From: Methanobacteriota archaeon
GTDB taxonomy: Archaea > Thermoplasmatota > Thermoplasmata > SG8-5 > JAGLSY01
DNA length: 64,000 nt
Assembly (NCBI GenBank): GCA_020697715.1
Contig: JAEHCO010000003.1
Span: forward strand, 128,001-192,000
Reading direction: 5' to 3'
The notes under the pieces are model-generated. The model had not been told where the DNA came from, ran no database searches, and saw only the letters and a program-made list of their open reading frames with translations. Below, piece after piece: positions 38,854-46,859 of this stretch (the stretch's first letter is position 1; every line of letters starts with the position of its first letter). A program made the translations under genes and the position numbers.

Positions 38854-38972
38854 CGTGTTTGGATAAGTGATGAAGTATTAATAATTCTCCTTAATCGACT
38901 ATTTGGCGTATTATTTTATATTAATCTCACTTTGTCGGTGTCATCAAACCGGAGTCAAAAAGGAGTGAGAAA

Positions 38973-40496
38973 ATGACATTGATAATTGACGGAGACAGCC
39001 TGAAGATAGAGGACGTTGTTGCAGTGGCCAGACATGGCAAGAAGGTGGAGCTTGACCCACTTGCAGTGGAGCGCATAAACAAGTGCCGTGCGATGTTGGA
39101 GAGGAAGATCGAGGCCAATGAGATCATGTACGGTGTGAACACTGGCATTGGCGAGTTCTCCGAAGTTGTTCTCAATGATGACCAGGTCAAGGATTTCCAG
39201 AAATATCTCGTCTACAACCATGCTGCTGGCATCGGTGATCCAGCACCCCTCGAGTATGTCAGGGGAGCCATGCTGGGCAGGGTAAATGTCCATGCCCACG
39301 GCAACTCCGGCTGCCGCCTGAATATCACCCAGACCCTTGTCGATATGCTGAACAAAGGTGTCACTCCATTCGTATGCCAGAAAGGTTCTGTCGGCGCATG
39401 CGGTGACCTCGCCCCGATGTCCCAGATCGCACTTCTCATGATGGGCGAAGGCAAGGCTTATTTCCAGGGCGAACTCCTCGATGGAAAAGAGGCCATGGAC
39501 AAGGCAGGAATTCCAATACCTGGCTTGCAAGCCCGTGACGGACTGGCGACCATCAATGGTTCCAATGTTCTAACCGCGATGAGCGCGATCTTCCTTTATG
39601 ATGCAGGAAGATGGCTGAAGCAGGCGGAAATAGCCGCCGCGATGTCACTCGAAGCACTCAAGGCGAACATGAAGCCATACACCGCTAGGCTTCATGAAGT
39701 ACGCGGATTCCAGGGCGCGGTCAGGTCGGCCAATGCGATCAATATGTTGATAGCCGACGGCGATCTAAAAGAACAGCGCATCAAAGTGAAAGTTCAAGAC
39801 GCTTACAGCATGAGATCCAGTCCCCAGGTCATCGGAGCAGCCCACGATGCAATTCGATGGGCCAGAAGCCAAGTGGAGATCGAACTGAACGGTGTTGGTG
39901 ATAATCCGATCTTCTTCCCGGATGAGAACATGGCACTTTCTGGAGCCAATTTCCAGGGCTCGCCAGTATCCTTGCCGATGGACATGGCCGGCATCGCGAT
40001 CACCATGGTCAGCGTGCTCTCAGAAAGGCGTATGAACCGTCTCAATAATCCGGCTTTATCAGAAGGATTACCACCATTCCTGACAAAAGGCGCAGGAATG
40101 TTTTCGGGACTCATGCTCAGCCAGTACACGGCGGATATGCAGATAGTGGAGCAGAGGATCCTATCCGCTCCAGCAAGCATCCAGTCAATTCCAGCCGCCG
40201 CCGATCAGGAGGATTTCGTCTCAATGGGCATGAACACCGCCATCAAGAACTTCCAGATACTGGACAATGCTTACGGCATCTTGGGCATCGAGCTGATGGC
40301 TGCCGCTCAGGCATTGGATTTCAGGGATTTCAAATTCGGAATAGGAACGACCAAGGCGAAAGAGGTTATCAGAAGGCATGTGGACTTCCTTGACATTGAC
40401 AGGCCGCTGTATCCCGACCACACGAACATGAAGGAGCTCGTGAGATCTGGCGAGATACTGGAAGAAGTGGAGAAAGTGGTTGGCAGTTTGGGATGA
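38973..40496 (+). CDS. hutH: Histidine/aromatic amino acid ammonia-lyase (MIO family, ACG triad)
   Basis: YGVNTGIG, GSVGACGDLAP, INGS, QDAYSMR, GANFQG and QEDFVSMG; close to hutU. Confidence 0.8.
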   Translation: MTLIIDGDSLKIEDVVAVARHGKKVELDPLAVERINKCRAMLERKIEANEIMYGVNTGIGEFSEVVLNDDQVKDFQKYLVYNHAAGIGDPAPLEYVRGAMLGRVNVHAHGNSGCRLNITQTLVDMLNKGVTPFVCQKGSVGACGDLAPMSQIALLMMGEGKAYFQGELLDGKEAMDKAGIPIPGLQARDGLATINGSNVLTAMSAIFLYDAGRWLKQAEIAAAMSLEALKANMKPYTARLHEVRGFQGAVRSANAINMLIADGDLKEQRIKVKVQDAYSMRSSPQVIGAAHDAIRWARSQVEIELNGVGDNPIFFPDENMALSGANFQGSPVSLPMDMAGIAITMVSVLSERRMNRLNNPALSEGLPPFLTKGAGMFSGLMLSQYTADMQIVEQRILSAPASIQSIPAAADQEDFVSMGMNTAIKNFQILDNAYGILGIELMAAAQALDFRDFKFGIGTTKAKEVIRRHVDFLDIDRPLYPDHTNMKELVRSGEILEEVEKVVGSLG

Positions 40497-40538
40497 AAAA
40501 CCTGATTGCAATAATATGCAAGGCAATAATTATTCGAG

Positions 40539-40719
40539 CATGCCCCAGGGCGAGTGTATTTTGCGTTAAATGCGCAAAATAATAGTTCGAGAAGCACAGC
40601 GATTCGAACTATGACGCAGACCTGGGGTATTATATTCTATATCTCAGTGAGTGACAGTCACCAATTGTTCCCTATTCGAAAACCCCGTATGTAGCGAAGC
40701 GAAGGGCGGGGATGTTCAA
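40539..40719. repeat. Structured intergenic element, family A, copy 3
   Basis: CATGCCCCAGG...CCTGGGGTATTATATTC with two inner hairpins, TATCTCAGTGAGTGACAGTCAC and TATTCGAAAACCCCG...GGGCGGGGATGTTCAA. Confidence 0.75.
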
Positions 40720-40778
40720 AATTTTGATATATCGATACATTTAACTATCAAAATCAAATTCAAAGGTCTGGTTAGAAC

Positions 40779-41732
40779 ATGAGATACATCGTTACTGGGG
40801 GCGCGGGATTCATCGGCAGCCACATCGTTGACAGGCTGCTTGCTGAAGGACATGAGGTTACTGTAATTGACAATATGACCACTGGTTTTCCAGAATATAT
40901 CAGTCAGCATGATGGCAATCCCAATTTTAAGTTAGATAAGTTCGATCTCAAGGACCTTGCCAGGACCAAGGAGGCTTTCAAGGATCAAGATGCTGTATTT
41001 CATCTTGCTGCCAATGCCGATGTCCGCGGAGGTCTGGAAGATAATTTCCGCGACCTGGAGAGAAATGTCCTGGTCACCCACAATGTGCTGGAAGCCATGA
41101 GGGCGAATGATATTTCCAAGATATTATTCTCCTCGACAGCCGCGGTCTATGGTGAGCCAGATGTATTTCCCACTCCCGAGACCTACCATCCCCGGCAAAC
41201 CTCATTTTACGGGGCCTCAAAGCTTTCATGCGAGGGCTTCATCGAGTCCTTCTGCGAGGCCTATGGATTCCAGGCCTGGATGTTCAGATTCGTTTCCATC
41301 CAGGGTGAGCGGCATCCTCATGGAGTTACATATGACTTCGTGAAGAAGCTGAAGGCCGATCCCACCCAGATGGAGATAATCGGCGATGGAACCTCCAAAA
41401 AATCATACTGCCACGTGGATGATTGTGTTGATGGTTTCATGATGGCCTTCGAGAAGGCCAATGATAAAGTGAACTTATTCAATATCGGCAATACCGAATA
41501 TGTGGATGTGACAAGCCTGGCTGGGTATGTGACCAGCGAGATGGGTTTGGATAATGTCAAATTCAATTACACTGGCGGAATGCGCGGATGGATAGGCGAC
41601 TCGCCACTGGTCCAGCTTGATATTTCCAAACTTCGAGCACTGGGCTGGGAGCCGAAGAACAATATCGAACAGACCGTCCGTCGAACAGTACGCTGGCTCA
41701 TGGACAATCCTTATGTTTACGGAGAAAGATGA
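40779..41732 (+). CDS. NAD-dependent nucleotide-sugar epimerase/dehydratase (extended SDR)
   Basis: [22 protein letters not shown] and YGASK. Confidence 0.9.
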   Translation: MRYIVTGGAGFIGSHIVDRLLAEGHEVTVIDNMTTGFPEYISQHDGNPNFKLDKFDLKDLARTKEAFKDQDAVFHLAANADVRGGLEDNFRDLERNVLVTHNVLEAMRANDISKILFSSTAAVYGEPDVFPTPETYHPRQTSFYGASKLSCEGFIESFCEAYGFQAWMFRFVSIQGERHPHGVTYDFVKKLKADPTQMEIIGDGTSKKSYCHVDDCVDGFMMAFEKANDKVNLFNIGNTEYVDVTSLAGYVTSEMGLDNVKFNYTGGMRGWIGDSPLVQLDISKLRALGWEPKNNIEQTVRRTVRWLMDNPYVYGER

Positions 41733-41755
41733 AGAGATCAATGCGGGTGTGAAAA

Positions 41756-42472
41756 ATGACCGAGGGGAAAGTGGAGCAGGCAGTGGTCTTATGCGGGGGA
41801 CTTGGAACCAGGCTTCAGTCGGTTTCCAAGGATATTCCCAAGTCCATGATGCCCATTGATGGGCGCCCCTTCCTCGAGATACTGGTGTCGCAGTTCAAGA
41901 ATCACGGCATCACTCGCTTTCTTTTCCTCACAAGTCATCTTCACGAGGTCATCGAGGAACACTTTGGAGATGGCTCTGCTTTCGATGTCGATATTGAATA
42001 TTCAACAGAGCCAGAGCCCATGGGGACTGGTGGAGCTCTGGAACTTGCCAAGGACAAGCTGGATGATGTTTTCTTCCTGGTCAATGGCGATACCATACTT
42101 CCAATTGATCCGACAATGCTCATTGCTGGATTCTACAGACAGAAATGTCTTGGATATGTCACGGTATATGACAATCACGAGGAGATCGCGGATAAAAATA
42201 TCATAATAGATGGAAAGGGCCAGGTATTGCTCTACACTAAACGGACATCTCTGCCGGAGATGACCGGGGTGGAAGCTGGCATGTCCATTCTGGATAAGAA
42301 GGTGCTGAAGATCTGCAAGAAGGAAAGCTATTCCCTGGAAATGGAGGTCTTCCCGAAATTAATAAATAATGGCCGTCTCTTTGGTTTATTAACGAGCCAG
42401 CGTTTCTACGACATTGGAACACCCGAAAGGCTGGAACTTGCAAGGAGTGTATTGAATGACCTTGGTTGGTAG
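41756..42472 (+). CDS. hddC: Sugar-phosphate nucleotidyltransferase (HddC-like heptose-1-phosphate guanylyltransferase)
   Basis: CGGLGTRL, PK, EPMGTGGAL, NGDT and FYDIGTPE; the specific call rests on the heptose gene context. Confidence 0.7.
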   Translation: MTEGKVEQAVVLCGGLGTRLQSVSKDIPKSMMPIDGRPFLEILVSQFKNHGITRFLFLTSHLHEVIEEHFGDGSAFDVDIEYSTEPEPMGTGGALELAKDKLDDVFFLVNGDTILPIDPTMLIAGFYRQKCLGYVTVYDNHEEIADKNIIIDGKGQVLLYTKRTSLPEMTGVEAGMSILDKKVLKICKKESYSLEMEVFPKLINNGRLFGLLTSQRFYDIGTPERLELARSVLNDLGW

Positions 42473-43463
42473 AGCACCAGTTAGAATAAGTTTCGGGGGC
42501 GGAGGAACGGACCTGGCCTCTTATTACAAAAAGCACGGAGGAGTCGTGGTCAGCGCGGCCATAAACAAATACTTTTACACAATTCTGGAACTCAGGCAGG
42601 ACGAGCGCATCCAGATAATTTCTTCGGATCTACAGCTCAATCACACCGTGGAGGATTGCTACAGCCTGAAGTACGGCGAAGGACTGGACATACCAGTTGG
42701 TGTGCTGAAGCATATGCATGTCCGCAGAGGCATGAACCTTCTCATGGCATCCGAGATACCACCAGGCACTGGCCTGGGATCCTCGGGAGCAGTTACGGTC
42801 AATATAATCAATACGATCAATCACCTGGAACATCTGAAGATGACCAAGAAAGAGCTGGCGGAGATGGCATACCACATAGAATACAATGAGTTGGGTCTGC
42901 CCATTGGCAAGCAGGATGAATACGCATCTGCTTTTGGAGGACTAAATTTCATCACATTTGACAGGTCTGGCGACACCACGGTCGAGCCACTTCATGTTCC
43001 AAAGGAAGTGCGCATGAGGATGGAGGACGATGTCATGCTCTTCTTCACTGGCAGAACACGCCAATCATCCAAGATATTGAAGAGCCAGGACTCCTCGACC
43101 AAAGAAGATACGGGTGAAGTCGTCGAGCGCCTTCACGAGATAAAAAATATCGCTTTCAAAGTCAAGAAAGCGATAGAGATAGGCGACCTGACCGAGATGG
43201 GTCACCTTCTTGATATGAGCTGGCAGAATAAGAAGAAGCTGGCCAAAGGCATTAGCAATCCTCGTATAAACAAGATATACGAGACAGCTAAGAAAGAAGG
43301 AGCCGTGGGTGGTAAGCTGACCGGCGCAGGCGGCGGAGGATACATGATGCTCTTCTGCCACAAGAAATACCAGCCAGCAGTCAAAAAAGCAATGCATAAG
43401 GAAGGTCTTTCATTACTTGATTTCAAATTCGACCACAAGGGCGCGAAGACCATGCTGGGATAA
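42456..43463 (+). CDS. hddA: GHMP kinase, D-glycero-alpha-D-manno-heptose-7-phosphate kinase-like
   Basis: RAPVRISFGGGGTD, PPGTGLGSSG, GKQDEYA..FGGLN and GKLTGAGGGG. Confidence 0.82.
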   Translation: MTLVGRAPVRISFGGGGTDLASYYKKHGGVVVSAAINKYFYTILELRQDERIQIISSDLQLNHTVEDCYSLKYGEGLDIPVGVLKHMHVRRGMNLLMASEIPPGTGLGSSGAVTVNIINTINHLEHLKMTKKELAEMAYHIEYNELGLPIGKQDEYASAFGGLNFITFDRSGDTTVEPLHVPKEVRMRMEDDVMLFFTGRTRQSSKILKSQDSSTKEDTGEVVERLHEIKNIAFKVKKAIEIGDLTEMGHLLDMSWQNKKKLAKGISNPRINKIYETAKKEGAVGGKLTGAGGGGYMMLFCHKKYQPAVKKAMHKEGLSLLDFKFDHKGAKTMLG

Positions 43464-43576
43464 ATTATCTATGTCTAGACAATTAATCCATACCGGGATA
43501 GATTATCCTGATACGGATGATCAATCCACGCTGGGATAATCTATATCTAATACAACGATCATGATACATTGGAATA
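43457..43576. repeat. Degenerate 38-nt-period repeat between hddA and gmhA
   Basis: GG(G/A)ATA starts at 43457, 43495, 43533 and 43571. Confidence 0.5.
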
Positions 43577-43591
43577 AGGGGACGTGATGAT

Positions 43592-44182
43592 TTGGACGAG
43601 TTCAGAAAAAAATTCATTGATGGCTATTTGAAAGACGTGATAGACTGTCTGGAGGATTACAGGAAGAACCCGGAGTTCTTCGACGAGCTGGCAACCATAT
43701 TTTTGGATGCCAGGAAGCGAGGTAATACTGTCTATTTCATGGGTAATGGGGGAAGCGCGGCAACAGCCAATCATTTTGTCTGCGACCTCGGAAAGGGTAC
43801 GATCGTGGAAGGATATCCAAGGTTCAAGGTTTTATCATTATCGGACAATATCCCGATGATGCTGGCATGGGGAAATGATGCTTGTTATGAGGATATATTC
43901 GTCGAGCAGTTGAAGAACTTGATGAACCCTGGCGATGTAATCGTCGGAATCAGTGGAAGCGGAAACTCTGGCAATGTTCTCAGAGCCATAGAATGGGCGA
44001 ATGAGAATGGCGGAATAACCGTCGGCCTCACAGGTTTTGCAGGTGGCAAACTGAAAGACATGGCCAAGCACGTGCTGGTCGTTCCAATCCACTACATGCA
44101 GAAGATCGAGGACATCCACATGCTGGTCGACCATCTTGTGACCTCGCTCATCAGGGAAGAGGAGATGTCCAACCTTGAATAA
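43592..44182 (+). CDS. gmhA: Phosphoheptose isomerase (SIS domain)
   Basis: GNGGSAA.A.H, ND, GISGSGNS.NV and EDIH; TTG start. Confidence 0.85.
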   Translation: MDEFRKKFIDGYLKDVIDCLEDYRKNPEFFDELATIFLDARKRGNTVYFMGNGGSAATANHFVCDLGKGTIVEGYPRFKVLSLSDNIPMMLAWGNDACYEDIFVEQLKNLMNPGDVIVGISGSGNSGNVLRAIEWANENGGITVGLTGFAGGKLKDMAKHVLVVPIHYMQKIEDIHMLVDHLVTSLIREEEMSNLE

Positions 44183-44675
44183 GGCCGTTTTTTTAGATCG
44201 TGATGGAGTAATCAATCGCCTGAATCTGGGCAAGTACGTGACCAAGTGGGAGCAGTTCGAGTTCCTTGAAGGCGTGCTGGACGCGATCAAGGATCTGGCA
44301 GCTGCCGATCTTAAAATAATTGTTATTACGAATCAATCCGCTATCAACCGAGGATTCATGACCGACTACGAACTGGAAGTGATACATGAGCATATGGTGG
44401 ATGCTATCCAGGAAGCTGGTGGACGTATAGACTCTATCTACCACTGTCCGCATGCGCCTCATGAGGAATGCACCTGCCGGAAGCCGGAGCCTGGGATGTT
44501 CGAGAAGGCGATAGGGGACCATGATGTTGATGTGACCCGATCATGGTTCGTCGGAGACTTCCAGAGCGATGAAGAGGCAGCCGCGAGAGTTGGCCTGAAA
44601 TTCAAGCTGGCCGAGGGCGATGGTGGGTTGAGAAGGGCGGTGGATGAGATCTTGAGGGAAAGTCAATCCCCATAA
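44175..44675 (+). CDS. gmhB: D,D-heptose 1,7-bisphosphate phosphatase (HAD)
   Basis: FLDRDGVIN, ITNQS, CPH...C.CRKP.PGM and VGD. Confidence 0.9.
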   Translation: MNKAVFLDRDGVINRLNLGKYVTKWEQFEFLEGVLDAIKDLAAADLKIIVITNQSAINRGFMTDYELEVIHEHMVDAIQEAGGRIDSIYHCPHAPHEECTCRKPEPGMFEKAIGDHDVDVTRSWFVGDFQSDEEAAARVGLKFKLAEGDGGLRRAVDEILRESQSP

Positions 44676-44745
44676 ATGCCCCCTTCATGATTATTTATTG
44701 AATGTACCCACCCACTGGATAGTTATTTTTCTGTGTGACCACGAG

Positions 44746-44852
44746 TTTATATATCATAATCATTTTGTGGATTTGACTCAAATAGTCAGTATATCACAAT
44801 AGCCCCGAAGTGTGAAGACGGAGCCAAGCTCCTTACTTTACACAACAGGGCT
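44746..44852 (+). promoter_or_regulatory. TATA box and leader hairpin upstream of the tRNA-like RNA and gatE-gatD
   Basis: TTTATATA at 44746. Hairpin 44801-44852 is built from AGCCC/GGGCT, GTGTGAAG/CTTTACAC and GGAGC/GCTCC. Confidence 0.6.
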
Positions 44853-44876
44853 TCTGTAAATAAAACAAATCAATAC

Positions 44877-44950
44877 AGCCCCGTTGTGTAACGGTAGCAC
44901 GGGAGGTCTTGCACCTCCAGGCATCAGTTCGATTCTGATCGGGGCAACCA
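44877..44950 (+). tRNA. Atypical tRNA-Gln(TTG)-like RNA with encoded CCA
   Basis: AGCCCCG/CGGGGCA-A-CCA; D arm GTGT/GCAC; anticodon arm GGAGG-TC TTG CA-CCTCC; T arm ATCAG-TTCGATT-CTGAT. Deviations are A1.A72, C33 and C37. Confidence 0.8.
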
Positions 44951-44975
44951 TACCTATTAGCAAAAAGTGAGAAAA

Positions 44976-46796
44976 ATGATAGACCCCGAGAAAATCGACT
45001 ACAGGAAACTGGGCTTCAAGGCGGGCCTCGAGATACACCATCAGCTCAAGTCCTCCCGGAAGTTATTCTGCCACTGTCCAGCCGAGTTGTCGGCCGACCT
45101 GCAGAAGAACCCGGATTTTACATTCCACAGGCGCTTCAGGGCCGTGATGGGCGAGATGGGGGACTTCGACCCCGGTATGCTGGTCGAAGTTGAAAAGGGC
45201 TATCTGGTCATCTACCATGCGAATGACGCCCATGTGTGCACTTACGAGATGGACGATACTCCTCCATTCTGGCTGGACATGGAATCCGTGGATACTGGTT
45301 ATAAGCTGGCCAGTCTTTTCAATTGCGAGTCGCCAGCCGAGGAAGTTGTCATAAATCGAAAGCAGTACTTGGACGGTTCGATAACCACTGGTTTCCAGCG
45401 TACGATGATAATCGCCAGGGACGGTCATGTGAAGCTTGCCAGTGGCAAGAAGATCACTATCACGAATATCCTTATCGAAGAAGACTCGGCCAGGAAGATC
45501 AAGGCCGAGGATCGCGGTCGAACAGTCTATTACAATCTGGATAGGCTGGGTGTTCCACTTACAGAAATTATAACAGATCACAATGAGATCGACACGCCCG
45601 AGCTTTTAATTGAGGCCATAAAGATGATCGGTATCAATCTCAGATTAACGGGACTGGGTCGTCGCGGTATCGGTGTCGGCAGACAGGATGTGAATATCTC
45701 GATCGATGGTGGTGACAGAGTGGAGTTAAAGGGAGTTCAGGATCTTTCTTTATTGACAAAGTTCTGCGCCCACGAGGTTTGCAGACAGCACGCGCTCATC
45801 GATATTCAATCTAAATTAGCCAGCTTGAATCTGAAGAAGGAAGACTTCGAGCATAATTACATAGATATTACTCATTTATTCAATGATCTGGGTGAGGGAG
45901 AATCAGCCTTCGCGGTCAGGCTGCCCGGTTTTGAGAATATCCTCAAAACCGAAGTCCAGCCAGGCAAGGACTTTGGATATGAGATATTCGAGAAATGCAA
46001 TTTAATTACTGGCATCCTGTACGACGAAATGTTCCATTCGGGCGAGATGAGTCCGGGATCCATTCGCATGATGAACAGGTCGGATGATCTTTTCATCAAT
46101 AAGGGACAGGATGGCGAAATTCGAGCCATCCTGAAACTCGCACCAGGAGATGGATACGTAGCTGCCAGGGGTAGTGAGAAACCAGTTCTCCATACCCTGA
46201 AGAAGACAGTGGAGAGATGCAAGCAGGCCTTTGATGGCGTGCCCCAGGAGACAAGGCGAGTGTTGCCAGATGGTAATAACGAGTTCCTGCGCGTGATCCA
46301 TGGAAAAGGCCGTCTTTACCCGGATACGGACACTCCGCCAGCCCCCTATTCGATGGAGAAATTCCACGCGATAAAGGAAAAGGGCTGGACAAGACCACTT
46401 GACCTTCTCCAGAAATATGAGGAGAAGGGATTGAAATTGCCAATGCTGGAACTTATTATCCGCGATCAGAAGGTTCCATTGTTCCAGAAGTTGGTGGACG
46501 AGGCCAAGGTTCCAGTCTCTCTGGCTATTCGATTGACTGTGGAAATTCCCCGGTGGCTGAGGAGGAAAGGTCATGATTCGGAGATAATCAGCCAATTCAC
46601 AATGATCAGTATTGCTGGCAATGTCATGTCAGGAAAGCTACAGACAAAACACCTGCGCCCGATGATGAAGGAAATATGCATGGCTCCCAAGGAGAACCAG
46701 AGTTCGATAGTGACCAAATGGGTGGATCAGAACAATAAAAAGGATGAAGCGGGCGATGTAAGGGACAAATGGCCAGATGATGCGAGGTGTGTTTGA
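44976..46796 (+). CDS. gatE: Glu-tRNA(Gln) amidotransferase subunit E (divergent)
   Basis: GLEIHHQL, KLFCHC, DGSITTGFQRT, LDRLGVPL.EI, RQDVNISI, RVELKGVQ, GVPQETR and RLYPDTD. Confidence 0.9.
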   Translation: MIDPEKIDYRKLGFKAGLEIHHQLKSSRKLFCHCPAELSADLQKNPDFTFHRRFRAVMGEMGDFDPGMLVEVEKGYLVIYHANDAHVCTYEMDDTPPFWLDMESVDTGYKLASLFNCESPAEEVVINRKQYLDGSITTGFQRTMIIARDGHVKLASGKKITITNILIEEDSARKIKAEDRGRTVYYNLDRLGVPLTEIITDHNEIDTPELLIEAIKMIGINLRLTGLGRRGIGVGRQDVNISIDGGDRVELKGVQDLSLLTKFCAHEVCRQHALIDIQSKLASLNLKKEDFEHNYIDITHLFNDLGEGESAFAVRLPGFENILKTEVQPGKDFGYEIFEKCNLITGILYDEMFHSGEMSPGSIRMMNRSDDLFINKGQDGEIRAILKLAPGDGYVAARGSEKPVLHTLKKTVERCKQAFDGVPQETRRVLPDGNNEFLRVIHGKGRLYPDTDTPPAPYSMEKFHAIKEKGWTRPLDLLQKYEEKGLKLPMLELIIRDQKVPLFQKLVDEAKVPVSLAIRLTVEIPRWLRRKGHDSEIISQFTMISIAGNVMSGKLQTKHLRPMMKEICMAPKENQSSIVTKWVDQNNKKDEAGDVRDKWPDDARCV

Positions 46797-46859
46797 ATGA
46801 AGTCGCCATTGCTCCTCATTCAACTCGAAACCTCCAAAATTATGGAGGTTTCCCAATGA
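46793..46859 (+). promoter_or_regulatory. Junction cassette (family B) with coupled mini-ORF 46797-46859
   Basis: Stems TTGAATGA/TCATTCAA and GAAACCTCCA/TGGAGGTTTC. ORF MKSPLLLIQLETSKIMEVSQ* abuts the gatE stop and overlaps the gatD ATG. Confidence 0.8.

Noticed and set aside
41729-41758. 7-codon ORF between the epimerase and the nucleotidyltransferase
   Set aside because: No hairpins and no similarity to family B; likely chance.
43457-43576. CRISPR array
   Set aside because: The period is only 38 nt, the conserved part is about 6 nt, and no cas genes are present.
44877-44950. Reading the RNA as tRNA-Cys(GCA)
   Set aside because: GCA is off-centre. The only good anticodon stem, GGAGG/CCTCC, places TTG at positions 34-36.
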